Shown piece after piece: positions 1-12,479 of a stretch of 64,000 nucleotides of DNA (position 1 is the first letter of the stretch; every line of letters starts with the position of its first letter). The notes under the pieces were generated by a model. The model was not told where the DNA came from. It searched no databases and worked only from the letters and a program-made list of their open reading frames with translations. This stretch comes from Polyangiaceae bacterium. GTDB lineage: Bacteria > Myxococcota_A > Polyangia > Polyangiales > Polyangiaceae. The position numbers were made by a program, and so were the translations under genes. The stretch lies in NCBI GenBank assembly GCA_044222475.1, contig JBGANF010000004.1, forward strand, positions 1-64,000. Direction: 5' to 3'.

Positions 1-366
1 GTCCCTCACCGCCTCGAGGACGCGCTCGTCCCCTGCCTTCGAACGGAGCCCCAGGAGATCACTGCTCGGCATCTTCACCTCGACCAAAAGCTTGCATCCT
101 GCACGCACTTGACTGGGAACCGATTCGTCCTTCGCGACCGCCGCGACGTGCTCCACGTAGCTGCGGCCCCACGCCTCGTTCGGCTCGACGATGAGCGCGC
201 CGTTGAGCGCCATCCCGGCCGCGCGCTTCGCGCCGGCGACGCCCGCTTTGACGTCGTTCTTGGCGTACGCCTCTTCGGCGCGCCGCAGCTCGCCCTGGGC
301 GGCGCGGATCCACTCGTCGGGGGCGAGGCGATGGAGCCAGTGAGTCGGATCCTTGACGAACGGCAC
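1..366 (-). CDS. Partial hypothetical helical protein (possibly HEPN-like); 3' end runs off the window
   Basis: Manually read open frame from GTG at 366 (upstream GGAG): VPFVKDPTHWLHRLAPDEWIRAAQGELRRAEEAY...RAAGMALNGAL...; GC3-rich codons; 12 nt downstream of the spoVR stop; absent from the ORF track because it has no stop inside the window. Confidence 0.65.
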   Translation of the reverse strand, partial: MPFVKDPTHWLHRLAPDEWIRAAQGELRRAEEAYAKNDVKAGVAGAKRAAGMALNGALIVEPNEAWGRSYVEHVAAVAKDESVPSQVRAGCKLLVEVKMPSSDLLGLRSKAGDERVLEAVRD

Positions 367-378
367 GCTCCCACCCGC

Positions 379-1941
<1,563 letters not shown>

Positions 1942-2086
1942 CGAGTGTCGAGCATACATGATCGTTCGCGGATGTGCCCCGACCGCTGGCGAGTTGCTCA
2001 GATGCGTCGCCGCAGGTTGCGTGCCCTCGTGCCGGCCTGCGAAGTCGTCGCTCGGGAGTGGGAGGGGGAGCGGGAGCGGTATCCCG

Positions 2087-2287
2087 CTACATGCACGCGA
2101 AGCCGCAGTGGTGCCCGAAGTAGAACCACCACGCGTAGAAGAAGAGCATCGCGAAGAGGCAGGCCGCGAACACCGCGCCGCCGCCGAGAGCCCGACGCCG
2201 GACCTGCTGATGCGCTTGGGCGAACGCGGCGACCTCGGCCGCGTCGGCGTGGAACGACTCGGGCGTGCGCGAGCGATAGGGGCTCAT
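2087..2287 (-). CDS. Small single-TM membrane protein
   Basis: [12 protein letters not shown]...[37 protein letters not shown]; one hydrophobic helix; same strand as neighbours. Confidence 0.5.
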   Translation of the reverse strand: MSPYRSRTPESFHADAAEVAAFAQAHQQVRRRALGGGAVFAACLFAMLFFYAWWFYFGHHCGFACM

Positions 2288-2339
2288 CGACGGAGCCGAC
2301 CGCCAACGGCGACGAAAGTTTCCTGGAAACGTTCGCCAA

Positions 2340-3185
2340 TCACGGAACCCATGAAGCACTCCCGCGCTCTTGACGGTCGAGGGCGAGGTCGACGGGAACG
2401 GGTGCCTTCAGCAACCCGCTCGACGTACGACTGTCGGGGTCGAAGAGGCGCAGTGGGGCTCCACTCGACGTGACCAGAGGATCCCCGAACTCGAGGTGCA
2501 CCTTTCTGGCGGCGTACGCGCTCGGCGTGCACTTGTACGAGAGCCCGGTCGCCAAGCGAACGGGCGGCTGATTGGGTATCCCGGGAGGAACGTAAGCGCA
2601 GGGCGCGAGCGAGGCATCGAACACTCGCAGCTGGCTCGCGATCGTGGCCTCGGCCACGGTGAGCGCCTCCGAGAAGGCGATCGAAACCGAGCCGTTTTCG
2701 TTCATGGAGACGCCGCGCATTACGGGCATTGCACCGGTCCCGAAGCGCGCAGCATGCGTGGCGGGCTCGGCCTCGAGCACCGGGTGAGCTGGACCGGGGA
2801 TGGCGCGCACCGACGGATCGACGCTGGCGACATAGAAAGTCGACGGAGCCAGCGTCACGGCAGGACCGATGTCCACTTGGGATTCGGTCGTGCTCGAAGG
2901 CGGCGTCACGAGATGCGGAACGGCAGTGAAAGGCACGTCGACGAGCTCGGGGTACGTCCGCAGCTTAGCCCCTTTCGCCACCGCGTCGAGGAGAGCAGCG
3001 TCGACGGACGAACCCGAGACGGTGATTCGAATGGTGACGAGCCCTTCGCCGGTGCGGAGATCGTCCGGCGTGATCGCGAGGTGCGGTGCCGCGCAATTGA
3101 AGCACTCCCCGGTTGGCGTGCTGCAGCTGACGACGTTCGCTGCGAGCACCAGCGTGGCCGCCACGATGACGGCGCCCCTTCGCAT
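2340..3185 (-). CDS. Putative lipoprotein with Ig-like/beta-rich repeats
   Basis: C-terminal part of ORF 2340..3746; [21 protein letters not shown] signal ending in Cys; ATG overlaps the yeaH stop. Confidence 0.65.
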   Translation of the reverse strand: MRRGAVIVAATLVLAANVVSCSTPTGECFNCAAPHLAITPDDLRTGEGLVTIRITVSGSSVDAALLDAVAKGAKLRTYPELVDVPFTAVPHLVTPPSSTTESQVDIGPAVTLAPSTFYVASVDPSVRAIPGPAHPVLEAEPATHAARFGTGAMPVMRGVSMNENGSVSIAFSEALTVAEATIASQLRVFDASLAPCAYVPPGIPNQPPVRLATGLSYKCTPSAYAARKVHLEFGDPLVTSSGAPLRLFDPDSRTSSGLLKAPVPVDLALDRQERGSASWVP

Positions 3186-4294
3186 CACTTTCCTTTGCCG
3201 AGGAAATCCTTGATCGACTGGACGATCGCGTCCTTGTCGCGGATCTCGCTGGTGACGACGCGATCGTCCTTGCCGAGGTGATCGCGCAGGTCCTTGATGA
3301 ACTGCCCCGAGCCGTACGGGCTCTCGACCTGGCCGTACGCGAACATGTTCGCCCGCGGCAGGATCTTGTTCTTCAGGATCTCGACGCACGACAGCGTGTC
3401 GTCCATCGACCAGTTGTCGCCGTCGGAGAAGTGGAACGGGTAGATGTTCCACTCGTCCGGCGGGTAGTGGTCGTCGATGATCTGCGAGCAGAGCTTGTAC
3501 GCGCTCGAGATCATCGTGCCGCCGCTCTCGCGCGTGTGGAAGAACGTGTCGCGATCGACCTCGCGCGCGACGGCGTCGTGGATGATGTAGCGGCTCTCGA
3601 GGCCTTTGTATTGGCGCTGCAGCCACGTGTCGATCCAGAAGGACTCGATGCGGACGATCTCCTTCTGCTCGTCTCCCATCGAGCCCGAGACGTCCATCAT
3701 GTAGACGATGACCGCGTTCGCGACCGGCTCGGCGACGGTGCGCCACGAGCGGTACCGTTTGTCGTCGGGGATGGGCACGATGACCGGCCTCTCCTTGACG
3801 TAGCCGCCCATCGAGATCTGGCGCTTCAGCGCCTCGCGGTAGGTGCGGCGGAAGTGGCGCAGCGACTCGGGGCCGACGCGGCGGATGCCGGTGTAGCGAT
3901 CCTTCTCGTCGACGAGCTTGCTCTTGCCCTTGTTCTCGATGTCGGGGAGCTCGAGCTCTTCGCCGAGGATCGCCGCGAGCTCGTCGAGGGTGACGTCGAC
4001 CTCGAGGACGTGCTCGCCCTCGCCTTCGCCGGCCTTGCCGGTGCCGTCGCCCTCGCCTTCCTCGCCGCCCATCGGATCGCCGGGCTCGCCGTCGCCCTGG
4101 CCGGCGCCGCCTTGCTGCTTGTCACCGAAGCGGAAGCGCGGGATGTCGATCTGCGGGATGGGGATCGAGACGAGATCCTTCCCCTTCCGCCCGACGAGCT
4201 CACCTTGGGAGATGTACTTGCGGAGGTTCTGGCGGATTCGCCCGCGAACGATTTGGCGGAACCGCGAGTGGTCCTGATCGACCTTGAGCGACAT
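3185..4294 (-). CDS. yeaH: YeaH/YhbH (DUF444/UPF0229) vWA-like protein
   Basis: [27 protein letters not shown]-like motif, [25 protein letters not shown]. Confidence 0.9.
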   Translation of the reverse strand: MSLKVDQDHSRFRQIVRGRIRQNLRKYISQGELVGRKGKDLVSIPIPQIDIPRFRFGDKQQGGAGQGDGEPGDPMGGEEGEGDGTGKAGEGEGEHVLEVDVTLDELAAILGEELELPDIENKGKSKLVDEKDRYTGIRRVGPESLRHFRRTYREALKRQISMGGYVKERPVIVPIPDDKRYRSWRTVAEPVANAVIVYMMDVSGSMGDEQKEIVRIESFWIDTWLQRQYKGLESRYIIHDAVAREVDRDTFFHTRESGGTMISSAYKLCSQIIDDHYPPDEWNIYPFHFSDGDNWSMDDTLSCVEILKNKILPRANMFAYGQVESPYGSGQFIKDLRDHLGKDDRVVTSEIRDKDAIVQSIKDFLGKGK

Positions 4295-4311
4295 GCGATG
4301 TCGCTAGCTTA

Positions 4312-6105
4312 TCACTTCTTGTCGAGGGCCATCCGGCCTACCCAGACGCACACGAGCGCGTTGGCGGCGGCGAAGACCCGGAGGCCGATCGAGCCTCCGA
4401 AGAAGAAGGTCGTATCGGCGCTGATCGCCATCTGCGCGAGGAGCGCAGCCGAGCCGAGGGCGAAGCCGCCGGCGCCGGCACGAAGGCGCTTCGAGCCGTA
4501 GAAGAGGAGCAGACCGGCGAGCGCGGGGAGCGCGTTCGCGAGCGGCAGGAAGCGGTGCAGTCCCGCCGACCAGACCATGTCCCACTCGCCGACCGGGCGC
4601 ATCAGGAGGTCGACCACGGGGTTCGACAGACGCGACACGAGACCGGTGAGCGGCAGGAACGGGAGCAGACCCGTCGCGCCGAACGCCGCGCCGATCCAGG
4701 TGAGCGGCGACTTCGCGACGGTGCCGCCGGCTTTCTTGATCCGGCGGGTCACGAAGAAGAGGAGCGCGCCGAGGGCGAGGACGCGCAGCGCGAGGTGCAT
4801 GTACCATGCACGCATCGCGGCGGCGCTCGCGTCGAGGATGCCGGCGCCGAAGAGCTTGGGGTCGTCCTTGGGGGTGGCCGAGGCTTGGAGCGTCGCCTTC
4901 ACCGCGTCGGCGTCGGTGACGCCCATCGCGACGACCATCGCGGCGGCGCCCGCGACGTGGGGCGAGGCCATGCTCGTGCCGTTGAAGGTCCCGAAGACCT
5001 CGCACTTGTTCTTGCCGCCGTTGCAGACCGTCTGCTGGGTCACGTTGACGCCGGGCGCGCCGATCGCGACCTCGGGCCCGCGCGAGCTGAACCACGCGAT
5101 GTTGTCGTTCGAGTCCGTCGCGCTGACGGCGATGACCTCGGGGTACGCCGCCGGGTAGCCGACCGCGCGCCCGCTGTTGCCGGCGGCGGCGACGATGACG
5201 ACGCCCTTCGCCCGCGCGTGCTTCACCGCGTCCTCGAGGATCTGGCTCTTGATCGGCCCGCCGAGCGACATGTTGATGACTTGCGCGCCGTGGTCGGCGG
5301 CGAAGCGGATGCCCTGCGCGACGCCGACGTTGGTGCCCCAGCCGCGGGCGTTGAGCACCTTCACCGGCATGATGGTCGCGCAGTACGCGAGGCCGGCGGT
5401 GCCTTTGCCGTTGTTCGTGGTCTGGGCGACCGTGCCGGCGACGTGGCTGCCGTGCCCCTGATCGTCGACCGCGTCGGCGTTGTTGTCGATGAAGTTCCAG
5501 CCGCCTTCGCAGCGCGTGCCCTGGAGGTCGGTGCCGCGCGAGAACGGCCCCTTGTCGAAGCAGGCGACGCCGGTATCGATGACGGCGACGGTGACGCCGC
5601 GGCCGCAGGTGTACTCCCACGCGCTCTCGGCGCCGACCTTCTTGAGGTGCCACTGCTTCGACGCGTAGAGCGGATCGTCGGGGACGAACGTCGCGCGCAG
5701 GACCGAGATCGCCTCGGCGTGCTCGACGCGCGAGTCACCGCGGAGCTTGTCGAGGAGGGAGCTCTCTTCCGACGCGTCCACGTCGGCGAGCTCGATCTTG
5801 TCTTCCTTGCTCTCGTCGCTGGCGGCGCGCAGCGCGTGGCCGATGAGACGCCCCACGTCGGCGATGTCCTCGTCGCTCGCGTCGTCCTTGAGGTCGACCG
5901 CGATCGTCCCGTCGATCACGTCCGGGATCTCCGGCGCGACCTCCATGCTGGTGCCGTACTCGGGGATGAACCCGTCCCAGTCCGACCCGGCGCTGCCGGG
6001 GTTCACCGCGTTCGGCGGGCTCTCGGCCTTCGAGAGGGCCGGGACTCCGAAGGCGACGGCGGCGAGAGCGACTGCAGAGACCGCGGCGACGGTGCGAATG
6101 CGCAT
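4312..6105 (-). CDS. Subtilisin-like S8 serine peptidase with signal peptide and C-terminal membrane helices
   Basis: Catalytic motifs VAVIDTG, HGSHVAGT, AAAGN and GTSMASPHVAG; several C-terminal hydrophobic segments. Confidence 0.93.
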   Translation of the reverse strand: MRIRTVAAVSAVALAAVAFGVPALSKAESPPNAVNPGSAGSDWDGFIPEYGTSMEVAPEIPDVIDGTIAVDLKDDASDEDIADVGRLIGHALRAASDESKEDKIELADVDASEESSLLDKLRGDSRVEHAEAISVLRATFVPDDPLYASKQWHLKKVGAESAWEYTCGRGVTVAVIDTGVACFDKGPFSRGTDLQGTRCEGGWNFIDNNADAVDDQGHGSHVAGTVAQTTNNGKGTAGLAYCATIMPVKVLNARGWGTNVGVAQGIRFAADHGAQVINMSLGGPIKSQILEDAVKHARAKGVVIVAAAGNSGRAVGYPAAYPEVIAVSATDSNDNIAWFSSRGPEVAIGAPGVNVTQQTVCNGGKNKCEVFGTFNGTSMASPHVAGAAAMVVAMGVTDADAVKATLQASATPKDDPKLFGAGILDASAAAMRAWYMHLALRVLALGALLFFVTRRIKKAGGTVAKSPLTWIGAAFGATGLLPFLPLTGLVSRLSNPVVDLLMRPVGEWDMVWSAGLHRFLPLANALPALAGLLLFYGSKRLRAGAGGFALGSAALLAQMAISADTTFFFGGSIGLRVFAAANALVCVWVGRMALDKK

Positions 6106-6183
6106 GAAGGGGGAAACCTCGGAGGATGGGGTATGTCTGGGCTATCGACGCAACACGGCCACGGTCGATCTACTCGTTCCAAC

Positions 6184-6702
6184 ATGGACCTACGGAACAG
6201 ACGCGCAAGGTATTCCCCCGGGATAGGTGCGACATTGACCTACCTCGCGGTGACCGCTCTCGGCTGCGGAAAAGTCGAAGCGGCGAACGCCAAGGCGGAA
6301 GCGAGCCGCGTCGCAGCGGCCCACCTCGGCGACGTGCGCGCCTTGGCGACCCACGTGTCGGGCTCGTGCACGCTCGCGCCGAGCGTGTCGCCGGCGAAGG
6401 GCACGCCGATCGACGCGGACCCCGACGTCCTCCAGGTGACGATCCGCTGCGGGAACCCGGCGGTGACGATCAACGGCGCGCCGCTCTGGGTCACGGCACC
6501 GCCCCTCCGCAAAGCGACGCCGCCAGGAGGCGCGTACTACTCGGTCGGGGTCGGCAAGGATGCCGCGGTCGGCGTCGGCTCGTCGAGCACCCTCGAGGAG
6601 TACGTCAACGTGCCGTCGACGTTGGTGGCGGGCGCGAACGATCTCTGCATCCACGAGGAGACGAAGGGCGTCGACGTCTGCGTCGCGTACCGCGCGCGCT
6701 GA
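6184..6702 (+). CDS. Hypothetical lipoprotein
   Basis: C-terminal part of ORF 4555..6702; LAVTALGC lipobox-like sequence; start uncertain. Confidence 0.55.
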   Translation: MDLRNRRARYSPGIGATLTYLAVTALGCGKVEAANAKAEASRVAAAHLGDVRALATHVSGSCTLAPSVSPAKGTPIDADPDVLQVTIRCGNPAVTINGAPLWVTAPPLRKATPPGGAYYSVGVGKDAAVGVGSSSTLEEYVNVPSTLVAGANDLCIHEETKGVDVCVAYRAR

Positions 6703-6704
6703 AC

Positions 6705-7535
6705 CTACTTGCCGCCGTCCCTTTTTGGGACACCCGCGTCGAGCTCGGCCGCGGCGAGACCACGAAACCGCTGCTCGGGTCCCGCGGGCGAATAGAACTG
6801 GACCGCGCGGAGGCTGCTTCCGGGATCGGGCGCCCACGAGTGCTTGGTGTTCGGCGGCACGGTGACGCAGGTCTTCGAAGCGAGGCGCGCCTTCTGCCCG
6901 GCGAGGGTGAACTCGCCCGCGGCGGCGGCCGCGCACAGCACCTCCCACGAGCCCTCGTGGACGTGCTCCGCGACGGGCGCAGTTCCTTCGAGGAAGCCGA
7001 CGTAGGTCGAGCCGTCGAGCCCAGCCTCCGACCGATCCACCATCAGCCACGCGCGCATCTTGCCGCCCGCCCACGTCAGCGGGGCGACGTCGCGTACTTG
7101 GTGCCGCATCCCGACGATGTCGCCGACGCGAGTCGGCTCGCACTGCTGGAGGCGCGCGATCGCGCGGACGACGGTGCCGGGACCCCGCACGTCGTACCCG
7201 CCCTTCCCTTGGAGAACGAGGACGTCCCCCGGAGCGAGCTTCGAGAGCGCGGATTGGGTCTTGTCGAGCGGGACAGTCACGTCGACCGTTCCGCTCACCG
7301 AAGCCAGAATCCGCTGCTCGCACCCCGCGGTGTCCACGTGAAAGCCGGTCGCGTCGAGGTCGACGACCTCCGCCGTCACGGGTGCAACCGGAGCGACGGG
7401 AGGCGTCGACGATGCCGCGGGAGGGACGCTCGCGTCGCGCTCGATCCGCAACGGTGGGCCGACGATCGTGCCGACCTGCTCGTCGTGATGGCAGGCAAGG
7501 ACCACAAGCAGCGTCAGCGGTGCGATGCGTCTCAT
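6705..7535 (-). CDS. Lipoprotein with C-terminal cupin domain
   Basis: MRRIAPLTLLVVLAC; cupin motifs HVHEGSWE and VPPNTKHSW; ATG overlaps the lipA stop. Confidence 0.75.
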   Translation of the reverse strand: MRRIAPLTLLVVLACHHDEQVGTIVGPPLRIERDASVPPAASSTPPVAPVAPVTAEVVDLDATGFHVDTAGCEQRILASVSGTVDVTVPLDKTQSALSKLAPGDVLVLQGKGGYDVRGPGTVVRAIARLQQCEPTRVGDIVGMRHQVRDVAPLTWAGGKMRAWLMVDRSEAGLDGSTYVGFLEGTAPVAEHVHEGSWEVLCAAAAAGEFTLAGQKARLASKTCVTVPPNTKHSWAPDPGSSLRAVQFYSPAGPEQRFRGLAAAELDAGVPKRDGGK

Positions 7536-8569
7536 CGACGAACGAGGCTGGCCGCCGGGACGAGCGATCCGGTGGCGCGCGCGGCGAGCTCGGCCATCGA
7601 TCGAGGCGCTTCGCCCGAGACGCGCGCCGCGGCCGCCTGCGCCTCGGCGAGGCGCTCGGTGAGCAGCTGCGTCGCGCCCTCGCGATCGCCGGGACGCAGG
7701 ATGCTGCGGACGAACACCTCCGCCGCTTTGTAGCTCGACCGCACGAGCGGAGCGCTCGCGACGAAGGCGAAGCCCATCTTCTGTGCTTCCTCGGCGAAGC
7801 GATCGAACGTGGCCGGCTCGACGTAGCGATCGACGGCGGCGTGCTTCGGCGTCGGCCGAAGGTATTGGCCGAGCGTCACGAGATCGACGCCGGCGGCGCG
7901 GAGATCGGCGAGGGTCTCGATCACCTCGTCGTCGGTCTCGCCGATGCCGACCATGATCGAGCTCTTGGTGATCCGCGACGGGTCCCGCTCCTTGACGCGG
8001 CGGAGCACCGCGAGCGATTGGTCGTAGCTGCAGCGCACGTCGCGGATGGTCCGCTGGAGCCGACGCACGACCTCGATGTTGTGCGCCCAGACGTCGGGCT
8101 TGGCGTCGACCGTGACGTCGACGTAGTCCATGTGACCCTGGAAATCGCCGAGGAGCGTCTCGACGAGCATGTCGGGTCGAAGCTCTTTCAACCGCGTGAC
8201 GGTCTTGTTCACGTGGCCGGCCCCGCCGTCGAGGAGATCGTCGCGATCGACCATGGTGATGACGACGTACTGGAGCCCGAGCTTCGCGAGCGCGCGCGCG
8301 ACGTGCTCGGGCTCGCGACCGTCGACGGCGCCGCGCGGGTTCCCGGTGGTGACCGCGCAGAAGCGGCAGCCGCGGGTGCACGTGTCGCCGAGGAGCATCA
8401 CCGTCGCGGTGCCTTCGGTCCAGCACTCGCCGACGTTGGGGCAGCGGGCCTCTTCGCAGACGGTGTGGAGATCGAGCGCGCGGAAGGTCTCCTTCAGGTG
8501 CGTATAGGTCTCGCCGCCAGGGGCGCGAACCTTGAGCCAGGCAGGCTTCGGGGTGAATCGGGACGTCAC
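7532..8569 (-). CDS. lipA: Lipoyl synthase
   Basis: LHTVCEEARCPNVGEC, CTRGCRFC, HNIEVV, GQYLRP and PLVRSSY motifs. Confidence 0.97.
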   Translation of the reverse strand: MTSRFTPKPAWLKVRAPGGETYTHLKETFRALDLHTVCEEARCPNVGECWTEGTATVMLLGDTCTRGCRFCAVTTGNPRGAVDGREPEHVARALAKLGLQYVVITMVDRDDLLDGGAGHVNKTVTRLKELRPDMLVETLLGDFQGHMDYVDVTVDAKPDVWAHNIEVVRRLQRTIRDVRCSYDQSLAVLRRVKERDPSRITKSSIMVGIGETDDEVIETLADLRAAGVDLVTLGQYLRPTPKHAAVDRYVEPATFDRFAEEAQKMGFAFVASAPLVRSSYKAAEVFVRSILRPGDREGATQLLTERLAEAQAAAARVSGEAPRSMAELAARATGSLVPAASLVRR

Positions 8570-8593
8570 CAGGGTGAATCTAGTGCCATCCGG

Positions 8594-8709
8594 TCAAAAA
8601 GACGAATGTGGCGGAATGTGGAACAGGAATGGGAATGGGAATGGAAGAGGCTCCGGCATTCCATTCCATTCCCATTCCCGTTCTTCATTCCGGCACATTC
8701 GTCCTTTGA
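8594..8709. repeat. Long imperfect inverted repeat (~116 nt; MITE/REP-like palindrome with GGGAAT hexamers)
   Basis: Left arm tcaaaaagacgaatgtggcggaatgtggaacaggaatgggaatgggaatggaa closely matches the reverse complement of the right arm (tcaaaggacgaatgtgccggaatgaagaacgggaatgggaatggaatggaa); much more AT-rich than its flanks. Confidence 0.85.
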
Positions 8710-9743
8710 GCGAGCGCCTCGGGTCGGCTGGAGCCTCGCTCGGTGATGATGGCGGTGATCAGGCGCGCGGGGGTGACGTCGAACGACGGGTTGATCACGG
8801 CGACTCCTTCGGGGACGGTCCTGGTTCCCCCCACGTGCGTCACTTCGTCCGCGCGGCGCTCCTCGATGGGGATCGCGGCGCCATCGGGACAGAGGAGATC
8901 GACCGTCGACCACGGCGCCGCCACGTAGAACGGAACCCCGTGCGCGTGGGCCAGACACGCCAGGCCATAGGTCCCGATTTTGTTCGCCGCGTCTCCGTTC
9001 TTCGCGATGCGATCGGCCCCGACGACCACCGCCGACACCGCGCCGCGCGCCATCATCACCGCCGCCATCGAGTCGGTCAGGACGCGCACCGGGATCCCGT
9101 CGCGCTGGAGCTCCCACGCCGTGAGGCGCGCGCCTTGGAGGAGCGGCCTCGTCTCGTCGGCGAGGACCTGGATGCGCTTGCCCGCCTCGACGGCGGCGCG
9201 AATCACGCCGAGCGCAGTGCCGTAGCCTCCGGTGGCGAGCGCGCCCGCGTTGCAGTGGGTGAGAACCGTGCCTTCCTTCGGGAGGTGCGCGGCCCCTGCC
9301 TTGCCGATCGCCCGGCACGCCGCGACGTCGGCGCGGTGATAATCCCGGGCGATGCGCGCGAGATCCCCAACGCGCTCTCGTCCCATTTTGGTACATGAGC
9401 GAGCCGCCGCGAGCATCGTCTCGACCCCGTGCCGCAGGTTCACTGCCGTCGGTCTCGTCGCGAGGAGGCGCGCACTGGCTTCGTCGAGGTCGATCCCCAG
9501 ACCTGCCGCGATCACCATCCCGTAGGCTGCTGCGATCCCGATGGCGGGCGCGCCGCGCACCGTCAACGTGCGGATCGCTTCGCAGGTGGCCTCGAGATCG
9601 CCGAGCGTCAGGTACACCTCGCGCTCCGGCAGGAGCCGCTGGTCGAGGACGATCAGCGCGTCGTCAGTCTCGGCGAGCTCGGCCGCCGAGTACGTCGCTC
9701 CCGACAGCGGAGCGGGGTGTGGGATGCGCGTCGTCGCCGTCAA
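8685..9743 (-). CDS. mtnA: S-methyl-5-thioribose-1-phosphate isomerase
   Basis: [70 protein letters not shown] and NPSFDVTP. Confidence 0.95.
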   Translation of the reverse strand: MTATTRIPHPAPLSGATYSAAELAETDDALIVLDQRLLPEREVYLTLGDLEATCEAIRTLTVRGAPAIGIAAAYGMVIAAGLGIDLDEASARLLATRPTAVNLRHGVETMLAAARSCTKMGRERVGDLARIARDYHRADVAACRAIGKAGAAHLPKEGTVLTHCNAGALATGGYGTALGVIRAAVEAGKRIQVLADETRPLLQGARLTAWELQRDGIPVRVLTDSMAAVMMARGAVSAVVVGADRIAKNGDAANKIGTYGLACLAHAHGVPFYVAAPWSTVDLLCPDGAAIPIEERRADEVTHVGGTRTVPEGVAVINPSFDVTPARLITAIITERGSSRPEALAQRTNVPE

Positions 9744-9991
9744 GAAGGTGCGCCCTTCTTGCCCTCGCGGCTCTGGGCGATCCGGCTCTCCACCTCGTGG
9801 GCGAAATCCGAGAAATCCTGCGCGGCGCGGGATTTTTCGCCCCGCAGATAGGCATGAAGCCCATCCGCGGCGAGGAGCGCGAGGCTCACGTTCACGCCGC
9901 GCTCGGCGAGGAGCGCGCCCACGTCCGGGTTCTTGAGGAGCTGCCCGAGCTCCTCGAAGAGGTCGTCGATCTCGTTCGCTGGACCACTCAT
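9740..9991 (-). CDS. Small hypothetical protein
   Basis: [28 protein letters not shown]...; C-terminal part of ORF 9740..11497; stop overlaps the mtnA start; TACCCT box 8 nt upstream. Confidence 0.65.
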   Translation of the reverse strand: MSGPANEIDDLFEELGQLLKNPDVGALLAERGVNVSLALLAADGLHAYLRGEKSRAAQDFSDFAHEVESRIAQSREGKKGAPS

Positions 9992-10030
9992 GGTGGAGGA
10001 GGGTACCAAAAGCGCTACCATCGGCCGAGG

Positions 10031-11602
10031 GTGGGTATCGAACCGGAAGAGCGAAAGGACGAGCGCCGGCACGACGAGGCGCTCCTCGAGTCCGAAGAGC
10101 GGTACCGCACGCTCTTCGAGCAAGCGCCGGTCGGGGTGTTCCTCTACGACCGGACGCTGTCCATTCGCCATTTCAACTCGCGCTTCGTCGAGATCCTCCG
10201 CACGCGACGCGAGCTGCTCGACGGGCTCGACATGCGCAAGCTCCGCGACCAGCGCATCATCCCTGCGCTCGAGCGACCGTTCGCCGGAGAGCCCGGCCAC
10301 TACGAGGGTCCGTACGACACGACGACCAGCGACGCGCACATCGTGATCTCGATGCGGCTCGCGCCGCTCCGCGACGCCAACGGCAACGTGACCCTCGCGA
10401 TGGGCCTCGTGGAAGACGTGACCTCGATCCGCGCGTCGGAGGAAGCGCTCAAGTCCTCGGTCGAGCGCTTTCGCGCGCTCATCGAGCTCCTCCCCGACGG
10501 AGTCGTCGTCTACACCACCGACGGCGAGCTCCGCTTCGCGAACCCCGCGATGAGGCGCGCGCTGCGATTCACCGACGAGCCGCTGCCTCCGAACATCTTC
10601 GACTTCCTTCACCCCGACGACCGCGCGCGCGCGATCGAACGCCGAGCCGTCATGCTGAGCGGCGGCTCCACCCCTCCGGCCGAGATCCGCGTTCGCCGTC
10701 GCGACGGCACCTACGTCTCGATGGAGGTCGCGTCGATCGAGGTCGACTTCGACGGCGAGCGCGCCGTCCTCACCGTCCTCCGCGACACCGCCGAGCGCGG
10801 CGTGGTGCAGGCGCGCCTCGCCCAGGCGGATCGCATGATCGCGGTCGGCACGCTCGCCGCCGGCGTCGCCCACGAGATCAACAACCCCCTCGCCTACCTC
10901 AAGGCGAACCTCGATCTCGCGCTGTCGCGACGGTTGCCGGCGCTCGCGAGCGACCTCGACGCGCTCGCCGGCGACGGGGACGACGAGCGCGCGGCGCTCG
11001 ACCGCGCGCGCAGCTCCGTGGCTCAGCTGCGCGAGATGTTGCTCCTCGCGCAGGACGGCGCAGAGCGCGTGCGCACCATCGTCCACGATCTTCGGACGTT
11101 CTCCCGAGACGACGAGCCGCTGTTCCCGGTCGACCCGAGGCGCGTGCTCGACGCATCGCTCAACCTCGCGGGGAGCGATCTTCGACCGCGGGCCCGCGTC
11201 GAACGCCGCTACGACGAGGTGCCGCCGGTGCGTTGCAGCGAAGCGAGGCTCGGGCAGGTCTTCCTCAACCTGCTGGTGAACGCCGCCCACGCGATCCGCG
11301 AGGGCGATCCGCTCCGCCATCGCATCGTCGCGGCGACCTTCACCGACGCCGCCGGGCGAGCGTGCATCTCGGTGAGCGACACCGGGGTCGGCATCAGCCC
11401 CGAGGTCCTCGCGCGCATCTGGGATCCGTTCTTCACGACGCGAGCCTCCGGCGAGGGCACCGGCCTCGGCCTTTGGGTGTGCCAGCGCATCGTCCATCAG
11501 CTGGGCGGGACGATCGAGGTCACGAGTCAGCTCGGCGAGGGAACGACGTTCACCGTGCGCCTCCCGCCGGGAGACGCGTCGACGCCTCCGCCGCCGGCCT
11601 AG
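10031..11602 (+). CDS. Cytoplasmic PAS-PAS sensor histidine kinase
   Basis: [12 protein letters not shown] and FLHPDDR PAS signatures; H-box [28 protein letters not shown] and GTGLGL boxes. Confidence 0.92.
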   Translation: MGIEPEERKDERRHDEALLESEERYRTLFEQAPVGVFLYDRTLSIRHFNSRFVEILRTRRELLDGLDMRKLRDQRIIPALERPFAGEPGHYEGPYDTTTSDAHIVISMRLAPLRDANGNVTLAMGLVEDVTSIRASEEALKSSVERFRALIELLPDGVVVYTTDGELRFANPAMRRALRFTDEPLPPNIFDFLHPDDRARAIERRAVMLSGGSTPPAEIRVRRRDGTYVSMEVASIEVDFDGERAVLTVLRDTAERGVVQARLAQADRMIAVGTLAAGVAHEINNPLAYLKANLDLALSRRLPALASDLDALAGDGDDERAALDRARSSVAQLREMLLLAQDGAERVRTIVHDLRTFSRDDEPLFPVDPRRVLDASLNLAGSDLRPRARVERRYDEVPPVRCSEARLGQVFLNLLVNAAHAIREGDPLRHRIVAATFTDAAGRACISVSDTGVGISPEVLARIWDPFFTTRASGEGTGLGLWVCQRIVHQLGGTIEVTSQLGEGTTFTVRLPPGDASTPPPPA

Positions 11603-11608
11603 GGACCC

Positions 11609-12436
11609 TCAGGGCTTGGGCGGAGAGACGATCTCGCTGCGCTGTTTGTCCACGAAGGCCTTCGCGGCGCCGAGCTCCTCGGCCCGGTCGAGCGCGGCGA
11701 GCGCTTCTTTGGTGCGCCCGAGCTTCGCCAGCGCCCACGCGCGACCGAGCTCGCCGGATGCCCACCGCGGGTTCTTCGCGAGGAGGCGGTCGTACGCGGC
11801 GAGCGCGCCGGCGGCGTCGCCGCGGGCGACGGCGACCGACGCGAGCCCGAGGACGTTGGTGTCGTCCTGCGGGTTCGCTGCGATACCTTTTTGGTACGCC
11901 TCGACGGCGCCGTCGTAGTCCTTGCGGTGCAGGCGAACGAGGCCGAGCGTGTGGAACGTTTCGGAGTCGTTCGCGCCGCGTCGGATCGCCTCCTCGAGGC
12001 GCGGCTGCGCCGCGTCGGCCTCGCCCCAACGCGCCGCCCGCATGCCGCCCTCGCGAGGCCCCGCCGGTGACGTGGGGGCGCGCGACGCCGCTTCGTCGTA
12101 CGCCGCGAGCGCTTCTTCGAAGCGGTGCGCGAGCTCGTAGGCGTGACCCAGCTCGATCCAGGGCGTCGGGTCCCCTTCGGGCAGGCGCTTCGACAGCTCG
12201 TCGACCTGGGTGCGCGCCGCGTCGAGATCGCCGCGGAACCCCTCGACCCGTACGAGGAGCTTTCGCGCGGTGAGATCGTCGGGGTGCTCCTTCAGGTCCG
12301 CCTCGAGGAGCGCCTTCGCCTCGTCGGTGCGACCCATGCGCATCTTCGCGAGCGCGCGGTCCACCGGGGTCGGCGGAGCACACGCGAATCCGAGTGCCGA
12401 CACGACGAGAATCATCGAAACGAGCGCGCGACGCAC
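11609..12436 (-). CDS. TPR-repeat lipoprotein
   Basis: LGFAC lipobox-like sequence; repeated LG..Y...EEA..AY helical TPR pattern. Confidence 0.82.
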   Translation of the reverse strand: MRRALVSMILVVSALGFACAPPTPVDRALAKMRMGRTDEAKALLEADLKEHPDDLTARKLLVRVEGFRGDLDAARTQVDELSKRLPEGDPTPWIELGHAYELAHRFEEALAAYDEAASRAPTSPAGPREGGMRAARWGEADAAQPRLEEAIRRGANDSETFHTLGLVRLHRKDYDGAVEAYQKGIAANPQDDTNVLGLASVAVARGDAAGALAAYDRLLAKNPRWASGELGRAWALAKLGRTKEALAALDRAEELGAAKAFVDKQRSEIVSPPKP

Positions 12437-12479
12437 GTCTTCTAACTAGCACGTCGGTGCGTTAGGCTGCGCCGCCGAC

